Origin: Vampirovibrionales bacterium
GTDB taxonomy: Bacteria > Cyanobacteriota > Vampirovibrionia > Vampirovibrionales > JAJTHC01
Assembly (NCBI GenBank): GCA_035285025.1
Contig: JAYKHY010000011.1
Coordinates: forward strand, 5,412 to 69,411
Length of the DNA stretch: 64,000 nt
Direction of reading: 5' to 3'
The translations under genes were made by a program, and so were the position numbers. This document shows, piece after piece, positions 31,874 through 40,804 of this stretch. The notes under the pieces were generated by a model, which was not told where the DNA came from, searched no databases, and saw only the letters and a list, made by a program, of their open reading frames with translations. Every line of letters begins with the position of its first letter. The first letter of the stretch is position 1.

Positions 31874-32848
31874 ATGTATACCCGTTTTGGCATGAATACT
31901 TTTGGCGCGGGGCTAATGCGCCGCTCGGTAACCACGGGCTTGAACCGGCGAGGTAAGCAATTGGGCAAAACTGTTCAGTACGACCAACCCACACACGAGT
32001 GGTTGTTTAACGCGGCGGACGGCGTCGTGATTCGAGATCAGGCAGGGGCGACGGATTTGCAGTTAAACACGGTCGGCACCCCGTCCATGCAATGGGTGGG
32101 TAGCGCGGCCACACGAGGCCTGGATATGAACACGCCGCCGACCAGCTATAACCCCGATAATTATTGGCGCGCTGTTAATAGCCTTGGCTACAATCATACG
32201 GCGTTTACGGTGTACGCCTGGATTACCATGAACACCGCCGATGATATTTTTGATTTTATGGCGTTTAGCAAGCTCAGTGGTAGTGTTAATCCTTACCGCT
32301 GGAAGCTGGGCGTGGGCCACAGCAAGCATTTTGAGCCACGTACCGTGTTTGCCTCGGGGCAGGGTGATTATTGGCTCCGCAGCGCAATGGCGGGTTTGCC
32401 AAATCATCCGTCTGGGCCGAATCAGGGCACGGAATATCAATCCAAAATGCCAATCGTGTATCGGTTGGGCGGCACCAAAAAATACGTCAGTTTTGTCGAT
32501 GGGCAAACGTATCTGGTTAAGTTTGGCTGGCAAACAATCGGCCCCAATAACGCCTATACCGAGGTGGGCATTGCAAAAAACGGTGATGCTTTTGGGTTTG
32601 ATCCGGAAGGCACAGGGCCGGATGCCGCGTTTAAAACCCAATGGCGACGCGAGTTTAGCGGCCGAACAATGGTATTGCCTACCGCTGGCGAAGCGTCGCT
32701 GTACCGGCTGACCAGCAATTCGGCACCCGTAAGCGAGCAAAGCGATGTGACGTATCACAAGATTTTGTATTACGACACGCTCAAGGGGTTTGAGCATGAC
32801 CAGCGCGTGTTTGCCGATGGACTGAATAAAAACAGCTGGTTTAGTTGA
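31874..32848 (+). CDS. Hypothetical beta-rich protein, possibly ConA/LamG-like (324 aa)
   Basis: ATG at 31874 with a GGAG SD (the 6-frame ORF begins at 31865). TAFTVYAWITMNTADDIF resembles the core strand of LamG-like lectin folds. No signal peptide. Confidence 0.55.
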   Translation: MYTRFGMNTFGAGLMRRSVTTGLNRRGKQLGKTVQYDQPTHEWLFNAADGVVIRDQAGATDLQLNTVGTPSMQWVGSAATRGLDMNTPPTSYNPDNYWRAVNSLGYNHTAFTVYAWITMNTADDIFDFMAFSKLSGSVNPYRWKLGVGHSKHFEPRTVFASGQGDYWLRSAMAGLPNHPSGPNQGTEYQSKMPIVYRLGGTKKYVSFVDGQTYLVKFGWQTIGPNNAYTEVGIAKNGDAFGFDPEGTGPDAAFKTQWRREFSGRTMVLPTAGEASLYRLTSNSAPVSEQSDVTYHKILYYDTLKGFEHDQRVFADGLNKNSWFS

Positions 32849-32901
32849 GTTTGGATTTTCTCGGGAATGATAGTAATAAAATTTTGAGGAGCAGAGACTT
32901 T

Positions 32902-33390
32902 ATGGCGATTTTTGCAGACGGCACGATTATTACCACCGAAGGTAACGGGGCGTATCTTGATACGCTAATCCAGACCGGTAAAACCCTGACCAATAACGCG
33001 GGCGGCAGCATTGCAGGCGCCACGCTGCATACCCCCAGGCACCTGGCGGCTTACGAACACAGCGACGGCACCACGGGTGCGGTAGGCGTTAAAAGCACGC
33101 GCGGCTTGCCGGTGGTGTACCAAAGCGCAACCGAGACACTGGCGCAAGAAACCGTGGGTACAACCAGCGCTGCGTTTGCGGCCATTGCTAGCCTGACGGA
33201 AGGCGTGCACGTAAAAGCGCTGGCGAGTAACACCGGCCAGGTTTACCTTAAAAAAGGCGCGACGGCGACCACCGGTAACGGCTGGGAGCTTTCCGCAAAA
33301 GACGAGGTGTTTATACGGTGCGGCAACGCCAACGAGATTAACGCCATTGCCAGTGCCGCCGGGCAGAAAGTGTGCGTGAAAGCATGGTAG
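32902..33390 (+). CDS. Hypothetical small beta-rich protein (163 aa), phage structural-like
   Basis: GAGGAG SD 9 nt before the ATG at 32902 (the 6-frame ORF begins at 32845). Gly/Thr/Ala-rich. Overlaps the next gene by 7 nt. Confidence 0.5.
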   Translation: MAIFADGTIITTEGNGAYLDTLIQTGKTLTNNAGGSIAGATLHTPRHLAAYEHSDGTTGAVGVKSTRGLPVVYQSATETLAQETVGTTSAAFAAIASLTEGVHVKALASNTGQVYLKKGATATTGNGWELSAKDEVFIRCGNANEINAIASAAGQKVCVKAW

Positions 33391-34373
33391 TGCGTTTGAA
33401 GCCGGGTGCCGGTAACCCATCGTTACTAAAACTTGCTAACTACCGTGGCTTTAATGCTAACCCGGTGGTGATTCCGGTTTATGTACCACCCGCGCCGCCC
33501 GCGCCGACCGGCGATTTGCTGGATGACTTGGCCGCGCTTGGCGTAACGCCTGCCTATGCGTGGTCGATTACCAAAATAAAAAGCACGTATAACGGGCCAG
33601 CGGTTAAAATACGGCGTGCCAGCGACAACGCCGAGCAGGATATTAACTTTTTAAGCAACCGGACGCTGGATGCGTCGACACTGGCCAGTTTTTGCGGATC
33701 GTCCATTGGCTACGTGACCACCTGGTACGACCAAAGCGGTAACGCGCGCCACGCCACGCAAACCTCGCAGGCGCAACAGCCCATACTCTGGAGCGGCACG
33801 GCCATTAACACGATTAACGGCGCGCCGGGCCTGTTGTTTGATGGCAGCGATGACGGCCTGACGTTTCCGAATACCGGGGCGGTGACGGGTAACAACGCCT
33901 TAACGCTTGCGGTATGGGCGGGCGGCAATAACACCGCCAATACGGCGGGCTCGATTTTAAACCAAAGTTCGGTAGCAACCCGCAGCAGCGCCTACATTTG
34001 GGTCAGTCAGTCAGCAGCGACCGTGGAGCTGCGAACCTTTGGCGATAATCTGAGCCTGGGTGGCGGCTCGTTTGTGGTGGGCGACCGAAACGCGTTTATC
34101 TGGCGTTACGACCCGACGCCAAACCCGACCTACGGCACGCTGAGCGGCCATGTGCTTTACCGACAGGGCCAGAACGATACGCTAAACGGCGAAATTTTTG
34201 ATACACACGCTCTGGGCGGGGCCATGGTACTTTCGGCCTCGGTGCTGGCGATTGGGCGGCGCAGCACAACCAGTGACCGGTTTAACGGCACGGTGATGGC
34301 GGCGTTGTATATTCCGGCCGCGCTGGCCAGTTGGCCTAGTGTCAAGACCGTGCTTCAGCAGTACTGGACGTAA
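33384..34373 (+). CDS. LamG (concanavalin A-like lectin/glucanase) domain protein, phage tail-fibre/receptor-binding-like
   Basis: WYDQSGNARHAT...PGLLFDGSDDGLTFPN...ALTLAVWAG...FNGTVMAALYIPAAL matches the LamG_3 pattern (D.SGNGNH..., FDG.DD, WV, F.G.IDEV.IY..ALS). Start ATG overlaps the upstream stop (ATGGTAG). No signal peptide. Confidence 0.6.
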   Translation: MVVRLKPGAGNPSLLKLANYRGFNANPVVIPVYVPPAPPAPTGDLLDDLAALGVTPAYAWSITKIKSTYNGPAVKIRRASDNAEQDINFLSNRTLDASTLASFCGSSIGYVTTWYDQSGNARHATQTSQAQQPILWSGTAINTINGAPGLLFDGSDDGLTFPNTGAVTGNNALTLAVWAGGNNTANTAGSILNQSSVATRSSAYIWVSQSAATVELRTFGDNLSLGGGSFVVGDRNAFIWRYDPTPNPTYGTLSGHVLYRQGQNDTLNGEIFDTHALGGAMVLSASVLAIGRRSTTSDRFNGTVMAALYIPAALASWPSVKTVLQQYWT

Positions 34374-34580
34374 GTTCGAGGCTTCTCTGGGGCGCATAAG
34401 CTGTGTTGTTCGTCGCTCAAAATCCTCACGTAGTTTTTTAAACGCTGCGGTTTTTGCTCCTCACGCCTTGCTTCTGCATCCCCATAAAATCCTCTTTTTA
34501 AAAAATCATAAAAAAGCTCGTCATTTAGACGAAAGCCGTCATAAGGATTTTGAATCAAAAAGTAATCAGAGAGAGTCAAG

Positions 34581-34937
34581 ATGGACGTGATTAACACCCT
34601 CGAAAATAGTATTCAGGCCGGCATGCAAGTCGGGATTCCGGCGATGGCGGGCAGCGTGCTGGTGTTTTTAATCAACATTGGCCTGTTTGCCACCAAGGCC
34701 GAGCTGCAAGCGTTGCGCGCAGACCTGATTCAGCAAAGCATCAGCCGAGACGAAGTCGAGCGCGCGCTGGCCAAAATCGAGCGCACGATTCAGGACGCGC
34801 TGGCCATGCTTCGGCAGGACGTGCGCGATGATTTTCAGGAGCTTAAAAGCGATGTTCAAGCGCTGCGCGGCGCGCTGACCGGTATTACGCCGCTTAAAAA
34901 AAGAAACTCTGGCAGCGGAGGGCGCGCGGATGGCTGA
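34581..34937 (+). CDS. Single-TM plus coiled-coil membrane protein (holin-like or i-spanin-like)
   Basis: N-terminal TM helix VGIPAMAGSVLVFLINIGLF followed by a ~70-aa heptad-rich coiled coil. It has its own AT-rich promoter gap upstream. The stop overlaps the peptidase start (ATGGCTGA). Confidence 0.6.
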   Translation: MDVINTLENSIQAGMQVGIPAMAGSVLVFLINIGLFATKAELQALRADLIQQSISRDEVERALAKIERTIQDALAMLRQDVRDDFQELKSDVQALRGALTGITPLKKRNSGSGGRADG

Positions 34938-35355
34938 ATCTTCGTCTAAAAAAAAGCTCGATCCTGATTTGCAGTTAGCGCCAAACTTTTACCTGCGAGA
35001 ATTTTTACCCGATGGCGTGCTGCCTGAAGCCTTGCCAAAACCGGTACTAGAGAATTTACGGCGATTGGCCACGCAGTTGCAGGCCCTGCGCAATGGCGTG
35101 TTTAACGGCCGGGCGATTCGCATTAGCCCCAACGGCGGCGGCTACCGCACGCGTTTGCTGAACCAGCAATTGGGCGGCGCGCCACACAGTTTCCATTTAC
35201 AGGGCATGGCCGCCGATATTAACGTGGCCGGTTTGAGTCCCAGGCAGGTGCAAAGCTTGTTAAAAGCCTGGCCCGGCGGGCTGGGGGCGTACCCTGGGCA
35301 TACGCACGTGGATTTTGGCCCGCACCGCCGTTGGGCGGGGGTGTATAACAAGTAG
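34930..35355 (+). CDS. Peptidase M15 (Peptidase_M15_3/YcbK-like) zinc peptidoglycan endopeptidase, endolysin-like; no signal peptide
   Basis: Motifs YLREF..., SFHLQGMAADI (H-x6-D zinc ligands) and HTHVDF are typical of M15 L,D/D,D-peptidases of phage endolysin type. GGAGGG SD. Translationally coupled to the upstream TM gene. Confidence 0.7.
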   Translation: MAESSSKKKLDPDLQLAPNFYLREFLPDGVLPEALPKPVLENLRRLATQLQALRNGVFNGRAIRISPNGGGYRTRLLNQQLGGAPHSFHLQGMAADINVAGLSPRQVQSLLKAWPGGLGAYPGHTHVDFGPHRRWAGVYNK

Positions 35356-35410
35356 CGCGTTATTCTGGCTTTTACCAGAATGACAAACGTTGCATGATGG
35401 AGAGATACTA

Positions 35411-36091
35411 ATGCAAACGATTTTGATTCATGGCATTGGTGATAACCAGGCAAATTTTGCCGAGCGCTGGCAGACTGCAGCGCTGCTAAACTTGCCCGAG
35501 CGCAGCGTCGTGTCGTTTTATTACGAGGATTTGATGGATGAGACCTCGGCTAACGTGCTAATGCAATTGCTGGTTAAGGCGGCCGAGGTGTTTTTCCGGG
35601 TGCCGTTGCAAACCGCGGGGATTTTGATTCCAGAGTATGTGGGCGATGTTGTGGCGTTTTTGTTTGATGCCCGGTTGCGAGAGGCTATTGCGACGCGATT
35701 AAGGATTCAACTTGAGCCGCTTGCCAAGGACGATCAATTGCTCGTGATTGGGCACTCTCAGGGGGCGTTGGTGGCGGTTTGGTTGTTGCTGACCCAGCCG
35801 TGGCTATTGCAAGGCCGAACCATTACGCTGGCCACGCTTGGGTGCCCACTGGGCAGCCCGGTGCAGGGCATGGCAACGCTGCTTAAAAAGCTGTTCCCGG
35901 TTAAAAAGCCGCTGGGCCGCCCGAATATTGCCCGCTGGATTAACGTGCACTCCAAGCTGGATCCGCTCAGTGGTGAGATTCGGGGCCTGGGCTGCGACAC
36001 GCAGGTGCAGGCGATGATGCACCAGGGTGTGTTTCACCGGAGTATTCAGGGGTATCTTAAGTTGCTGGCGGGGGCGCTTCAGGCAGAGTAA
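35411..36091 (+). CDS. Alpha/beta-hydrolase fold serine esterase/lipase-like protein (GHSQG nucleophile elbow); no signal peptide
   Basis: ILIHGIGD (oxyanion region), LVIGHSQGALV (GxSxG), and downstream Asp/His candidates (KLDPLSG, MHQGVFH). The ATG at 35411 has a GGAGAG SD (the 6-frame ORF begins at 35390). Confidence 0.55.
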   Translation: MQTILIHGIGDNQANFAERWQTAALLNLPERSVVSFYYEDLMDETSANVLMQLLVKAAEVFFRVPLQTAGILIPEYVGDVVAFLFDARLREAIATRLRIQLEPLAKDDQLLVIGHSQGALVAVWLLLTQPWLLQGRTITLATLGCPLGSPVQGMATLLKKLFPVKKPLGRPNIARWINVHSKLDPLSGEIRGLGCDTQVQAMMHQGVFHRSIQGYLKLLAGALQAE

Positions 36092-36157
36092 ACTGGAGTA
36101 CGCTTGCCTGTTGCTATGCAAGTGCTCGTGGTGTTGTTTTAGGCGGCAGAGACCAAC

Positions 36158-37567
36158 ATGCTTTTATTGAAGCGCATTTTAAAATCATTATTTGCAGGCT
36201 TTTGGCTGACGACCCTGATTGCATTGGGCGCCATGCACTTAGGCGGTTGCCAGTCCGCGAACCATGAGCGCGAGCAGGCGACGCCTGTGACGCTGACGCT
36301 TTGGACGCTGCAAATGCAGCCGTTTGAAACCTTGGTACGCAAGGCCATTACGGATTTTGAGCACCAGCACCCCGGCGTGCGCGTGCAGTGGGAAGATCTG
36401 CCTTTTGCAGAAGGCAAAAAACGCGCGTTGGCCGCGGTGCTGAGCCCGCGGGTGCCGGACGTGATTAACCTGAACCCCGGTTTTGCCGCGCTGCTGGCCC
36501 AGCGCGGCGCGCTGCTAGATATGAACACCGAATTATCCGCCGAGCAGCAAGCGGATTACGTGCCCGTAGTGTGGGAAGCCGTTCAGCTACAAAGACGCCT
36601 CACAGCTGGGCGGCCTGTCGGCGTTGGCGTGAGGCATGCAAATATTGCAGTAGGCTTGCCTTGGTACGTAACGACGACGGTGACGATGAGTAACGCCGCG
36701 CTGCTAAAACAGGCGGGTTGGCAGCACCCGCCCGAGACACTGGCCGAGCTGGAGCAATTGGGCCACGCCCTAAAACCACTGGGGTACAAGGCCCTAATGC
36801 CCGCGATTGCCGAGAACGGCGCGTTTTTAAAGCTGCTGCGCCGCGCAGGGCTGGAGCCGGTGCAAAACGGGTGTCTGGTTTGGGCGGGGCTGCCCGAAGT
36901 CCGGCGCCAGTTGGCGTTTTATAAACGCCTTTACGATGCGCGACTAATCCCGGCGGAATCCTTGACGGCGGGGCACCGGGCGGCTGTAGAGCAATATTTA
37001 AGCGGGCGACTGGCGCTGCTAAGCAGCGGCCCGAATTTTTTGGGCATGGTTAAAGACAACGCACCCGAGGTTTACGCGCAAACGCAGGTTTCGCCTGCAA
37101 TCCCGATGGCGGGCTATAATCAGCACGCGTATCTGGATGTTTCTGCCATGGTGCTAAGCGTACCCAGTAAAAGTGCGCATCCCAAGCTGGCCATTGCGTT
37201 GGCGCGCACGTTGGCGGGGCCTGAGTTTCAGTTGGCGCTGGCTAAAACCGTGCCGGTGTTGCCTTCGGTTAAGGCGGCATACGCGCAAGCGCCCGCGTTT
37301 TTTGGCTTAACGCCCTCGGCCACCCCTCGCGTGCATACTGTAGATTCTGCCATGACGGCTGGGCGTTGGCTGACCGCGCAACAATTATTGGGCGCTAAAG
37401 CAACGAATCCGGTGTTACCCAACGAGGCGCAACTGAATACGGCAGTTGATTACGCCATTCAGAGTGTGTTGCTTGATCGTAGCGATATTCCTGAAGCGCT
37501 GAGTCATGCCGAACAGCGGGTTAACGCGGGCACGTGCGTAACCACCGCCGAAAGCTTGGCGCAATAA
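36158..37567 (+). CDS. Extracellular solute-binding lipoprotein (ABC SBP family 1, sugar-type)
   Basis: Lipoprotein signal with LGGC lipobox and an SBP_bac_1-like fold. No adjacent permease or ATPase genes. Confidence 0.65.
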   Translation: MLLLKRILKSLFAGFWLTTLIALGAMHLGGCQSANHEREQATPVTLTLWTLQMQPFETLVRKAITDFEHQHPGVRVQWEDLPFAEGKKRALAAVLSPRVPDVINLNPGFAALLAQRGALLDMNTELSAEQQADYVPVVWEAVQLQRRLTAGRPVGVGVRHANIAVGLPWYVTTTVTMSNAALLKQAGWQHPPETLAELEQLGHALKPLGYKALMPAIAENGAFLKLLRRAGLEPVQNGCLVWAGLPEVRRQLAFYKRLYDARLIPAESLTAGHRAAVEQYLSGRLALLSSGPNFLGMVKDNAPEVYAQTQVSPAIPMAGYNQHAYLDVSAMVLSVPSKSAHPKLAIALARTLAGPEFQLALAKTVPVLPSVKAAYAQAPAFFGLTPSATPRVHTVDSAMTAGRWLTAQQLLGAKATNPVLPNEAQLNTAVDYAIQSVLLDRSDIPEALSHAEQRVNAGTCVTTAESLAQ

Positions 37568-37638
37568 GGTGATGACTTGAATTCAGTGAGGTTGTTCATG
37601 GCGTTTAAGCGAGGATTGGTTCCCTCCCTCAATAATTT

Positions 37639-39021
37639 CTATTTGCCCGAATCAGACGACCAGCCTGAATCAGACGACCAGAAAGATTCCAGCGAGCGAT
37701 TGAGTGCATCGCTTAGCCGGTGCCATTGCGCGCCGGTTTGCGTGGGCACCCCGGTTTCAATCGCGGTTAAAAACGCCTGATTGTTGGCGGGCGCTTGCGC
37801 AGGGTCTAAAAACGCGCTGCTCTGCGCCACGGCTTGCCGCGCCGGTATAATCAGCCCGCTTTGGCTAAACGCTCGGCTGGCTTGCGCGCTGGTTAAAAAT
37901 TTGGCCAGCGCCAATGCCTCGTCCGGGTGGCGCGTCCGGCGCGAAATCGCATAGCCCGCGCTATCGATACCCACACGGGAGCCGCTCGGCCCTTGCGGTA
38001 ACGTGGTGACGTTCCAGTTAAATTTGGCGCGCTGCCGTAATACGGGCACGCTCCAGCGGCCGTTAATCATCATGGCAAGTTCGCCCGCAATAAATTTATC
38101 CGTCATGGGCGTGCTGCCGGTTTGCGCTCGGCTGGGCGCAAGGTGGTAGCGATGCACTAAATCGCGGTAAAACGTCAAGCCCTCGCGGGTTTGAGCATCC
38201 TGCAGCAACGCTTGTGGCTGTTCGACGCCAGCAAGGCCGCGCCCGCCCCAGCTGTAGGCAAACGGCAGCCAGTAAAGCGCCGGCGTACGATAAAACGAGA
38301 GCGCAAACGCCGTACTGTTTTGAGGCACGCCGTTTGCCGCAAGGAGTTTAGGGCCGAACGCCAGGACGGATTGCCAGGTGGTGGCGGCGTTGGGCGCAGG
38401 CACGCCCGCGCGCTTGAACCAGTCTGCGTTGTAGTACAGTACCAGATTCGAGACATCTCGCGGGAGCGCGTACAAGGTTTGTGAGCCCCTTGGCCAGCTA
38501 AACGCCTTGAGCGCGTTGGGGTAAAATGCTTGGCCAAGGCGCGATAGCTGCTGAGCGCCGGCCAGGTTCTTGAGTTGATGCGTTTGCGCGTAAACCGGTA
38601 GGTAATCGCTGCCCATCAGCATCACGTCGGGCGGTTGATTTGCCGCCATGAGCAAATGCAGCTTGGGGTAATAATAGTCTGGAATATGCGTTAGCGAGAC
38701 GCGAATTGCGGGGTGGCGCGCCTGGAAGTTGGCCAGCAGTGGCTTTAGCGTGGCGAGTTCTTGCGCGCTGCCCCAAGTGGCTAAGTTTAGGACTATTTTA
38801 GACCTGGCGGCCTCTTGTTTTGTGGCGGTCGGTGTATGCTGGCAGCCAGAAAGTAATCCAACCCCGATGCCGATAATGATAAGCAGGCCGCACGCCAACA
38901 AAGGCGATAAGTAAGGCGAACCCTTGCGCAGGGGCAAATGGTGTTTTAAAAGCGCGAGCATGCCAGTTATTTTAGCCTGAGTTAATTTTGTTTGTCGCGT
39001 AAAGCTTAGCGTAAGACCCAT
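37639..39021 (-). CDS. Extracellular solute-binding lipoprotein (ABC SBP family 1), second orphan copy
   Basis: Signal peptide with LSGC lipobox and SBP family 1 similarity. The C-terminal tail SSDSGWSSDSGK is encoded by an 18-bp tandem duplication. Confidence 0.65.
   Translation of the reverse strand: MGLTLSFTRQTKLTQAKITGMLALLKHHLPLRKGSPYLSPLLACGLLIIIGIGVGLLSGCQHTPTATKQEAARSKIVLNLATWGSAQELATLKPLLANFQARHPAIRVSLTHIPDYYYPKLHLLMAANQPPDVMLMGSDYLPVYAQTHQLKNLAGAQQLSRLGQAFYPNALKAFSWPRGSQTLYALPRDVSNLVLYYNADWFKRAGVPAPNAATTWQSVLAFGPKLLAANGVPQNSTAFALSFYRTPALYWLPFAYSWGGRGLAGVEQPQALLQDAQTREGLTFYRDLVHRYHLAPSRAQTGSTPMTDKFIAGELAMMINGRWSVPVLRQRAKFNWNVTTLPQGPSGSRVGIDSAGYAISRRTRHPDEALALAKFLTSAQASRAFSQSGLIIPARQAVAQSSAFLDPAQAPANNQAFLTAIETGVPTQTGAQWHRLSDALNRSLESFWSSDSGWSSDSGK
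37651..37686 (-). repeat. 18-bp tandem direct repeat (x2) encoding the SDSGWS tail of the SBP
   Basis: cctgaatcagacgaccag repeated twice in tandem (near-identical). Confidence 0.6.
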
Positions 39022-39175
39022 TAAGCCAAGCGCTTAAATTAGTCAGTTAATGCGTTGTGCACGACTCAAAAAATCGAGAATATGAATTTATGTGCGCCTT
39101 AAAATGTGTGCTATTGGCAAAACGCGCGCAATGCGTAAAAACGGACTGCGCGCGCGTGTTATAAGCGTTTTGCGG

Positions 39176-40459
39176 TTAACCTTCCGCAGGTTCTGCCGGT
39201 AGTTGGTCGGTTTTAACGGTAAGGGCCGATAAAGACCCGTTGCGCAGAATCTGCATGTTGAGCGGGGTGTTAATTGGCGTTTTGCGGACCCACTCCTGAA
39301 TGGATTTAGCGCTGGTCACGGGTTTGCCTTCGATGCGTTGAATGACATCGCCTTGCATAAAGCCGGCGCGCTGCGCGGGGCTATCCGGAATAACGCGCGC
39401 GACGACTGCGCCTTGTGTGGTTTCGGGTAGGCCCAGGCTGCGGGCAACCGGGGGTTCCATATCCATCATGGCCAGGCCCAGCCACGGGCGATTGATTTGC
39501 CCCGAGCTAATCAGGCTGTCGGCCACCTGGCGGGCAACATCTACCGGGATGGCAAACCCGATGTTCTGCCCGCGGCCTGCAATGGCCGTGTTAATGCCAA
39601 TAACTTCTCCGTTTAAATTGACTAGCGGTCCGCCAGAGTTGCCGGGATTAATCGCGGCATCGGTCTGGATAAATTCAACGTTTGCGTTTAAATCAGGCAC
39701 CTGACGAGAAATGGCGCTAATAATGCCCAGGGTAACGGTATGATCAAACCCAAGCGGGCTGCCTACGGCTAAAACCCATTCGCCAGGCCGAAGCTTGGCG
39801 CTTTGGCCAATCACGGCAGGGGTCAGGTTGGATGCATTAATTTTTAAGACCACCAGATCGCTGTATTTATCGCGACCGACGACTTTTGCCGGTAATTTGC
39901 GCCCATCGTTAAGGGTTACCTGAATATCACTGGCATTATCGACGACGTGATAATTGGTAAGCACATGGCCAGATTTATCTAGAATAAAGCCGGAGCCATT
40001 ACCTATTACTTGCGGCATAAGTGTGTTGCTGCGCGAACCATAGCCCCTAAACGGTGAATCGCCCAACTCGTCTGGGGTTAAGCCAAAAAAGCGCTCAATA
40101 AAGCCTTCTCCAAAGGGGAATGGGCCTGATTGCGCGGAAGAAGGCCCTGCAGCCTTGGTGACATCGATGTTGACCACGCTAGGCGCAACGGTTTCGGCCA
40201 CATCGGCAATTAAGCTAGGGTTCATACCAAGCATGCCGGGGTTTGGCCGACGCAAGACGCCGTTTTCTCCCGAAACGGTGAGTGTGCTGCCTTGTGCTGC
40301 TTTAGGCCAAAGTTGCTTGACGCTGTCAATAGCGCCGGTTTGATCCAGTACAACGGCACCGGTGACGCCAATGGTACAAGCCAGTAAAACGCCCCACAGG
40401 GCACCTGTAACCCAATTTTTAGGCTCTTTTTTATACGGAACTGACATGGATATACCCAC
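39176..40459 (-). CDS. HtrA/DegP-family periplasmic serine endoprotease (trypsin-like domain plus PDZ)
   Basis: Catalytic-triad contexts GSGFILDKSGHVLTNYHVV, D…, GNSGGPLVN. N-terminal TM/signal. One PDZ-like C-terminal domain. Confidence 0.85.
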   Translation of the reverse strand: MGISMSVPYKKEPKNWVTGALWGVLLACTIGVTGAVVLDQTGAIDSVKQLWPKAAQGSTLTVSGENGVLRRPNPGMLGMNPSLIADVAETVAPSVVNIDVTKAAGPSSAQSGPFPFGEGFIERFFGLTPDELGDSPFRGYGSRSNTLMPQVIGNGSGFILDKSGHVLTNYHVVDNASDIQVTLNDGRKLPAKVVGRDKYSDLVVLKINASNLTPAVIGQSAKLRPGEWVLAVGSPLGFDHTVTLGIISAISRQVPDLNANVEFIQTDAAINPGNSGGPLVNLNGEVIGINTAIAGRGQNIGFAIPVDVARQVADSLISSGQINRPWLGLAMMDMEPPVARSLGLPETTQGAVVARVIPDSPAQRAGFMQGDVIQRIEGKPVTSAKSIQEWVRKTPINTPLNMQILRNGSLSALTVKTDQLPAEPAEG

Positions 40460-40660
40460 CTTTTATGCGTATGAACAACAACGGAACAACCCAAAACGAA
40501 TTTGTATAAATACAGCTTCTATTAAGTACATCAAAGTGTGTGACGCTTGCGTGTTTTAACTAGCTTACCAAGCCATGACGTTTAGAAGAAGCCTGCGTTC
40601 CGGAAAAAGGTTTAAGTTAAAATAAAGTTTAAGCTTGGGTTGACCAAGTTTAAACGTTTT

Positions 40661-40734
40661 GGCCCTGTAGTTCAGTTGGATAGAACGGCGCACTCCTAAC
40701 GCGCATGTCGGGGGTTCGACTCCCTCCAGGGTCA
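40661..40734 (+). tRNA. tRNA-Arg (anticodon CCU)
   Basis: Hand-folded: acceptor GGCCCTG/CAGGGTC, D-arm GTTC/GAAC, anticodon loop CTCCTAA, T-arm GGGGG-TTCGACT-CCCTC, discriminator A. No CCA encoded. Confidence 0.85.
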
Positions 40735-40749
40735 TTTTTTAAAAGGTGA

Positions 40750-40787
40750 TAACGTAAAAATCCCCTGTATGGTTTCCATACAGGGGA
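40750..40787 (-). terminator. Rho-independent terminator for the Q-rich repeat protein gene
   Basis: Perfect 11-bp inverted repeat CCCCTGTATGG/CCATACAGGGG followed by a T-run on the minus strand. Confidence 0.7.
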
Positions 40788-40804
40788 GTAAGCTTGAATT
40801 TTGC

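Noticed and set aside
33384-34373. Diversity-generating retroelement target (Asn-rich lectin-fold C-terminus)
   Set aside because: No reverse transcriptase ORF and no template-repeat copy of the 3' region were found in the window.
34581-34937. Embedded Rz1-type o-spanin lipoprotein ORF inside the TM plus coiled-coil gene
   Set aside because: Manual reading of the +1 and +2 frames found only a 16-codon ORF without a lipobox, so there is no support for an embedded o-spanin.
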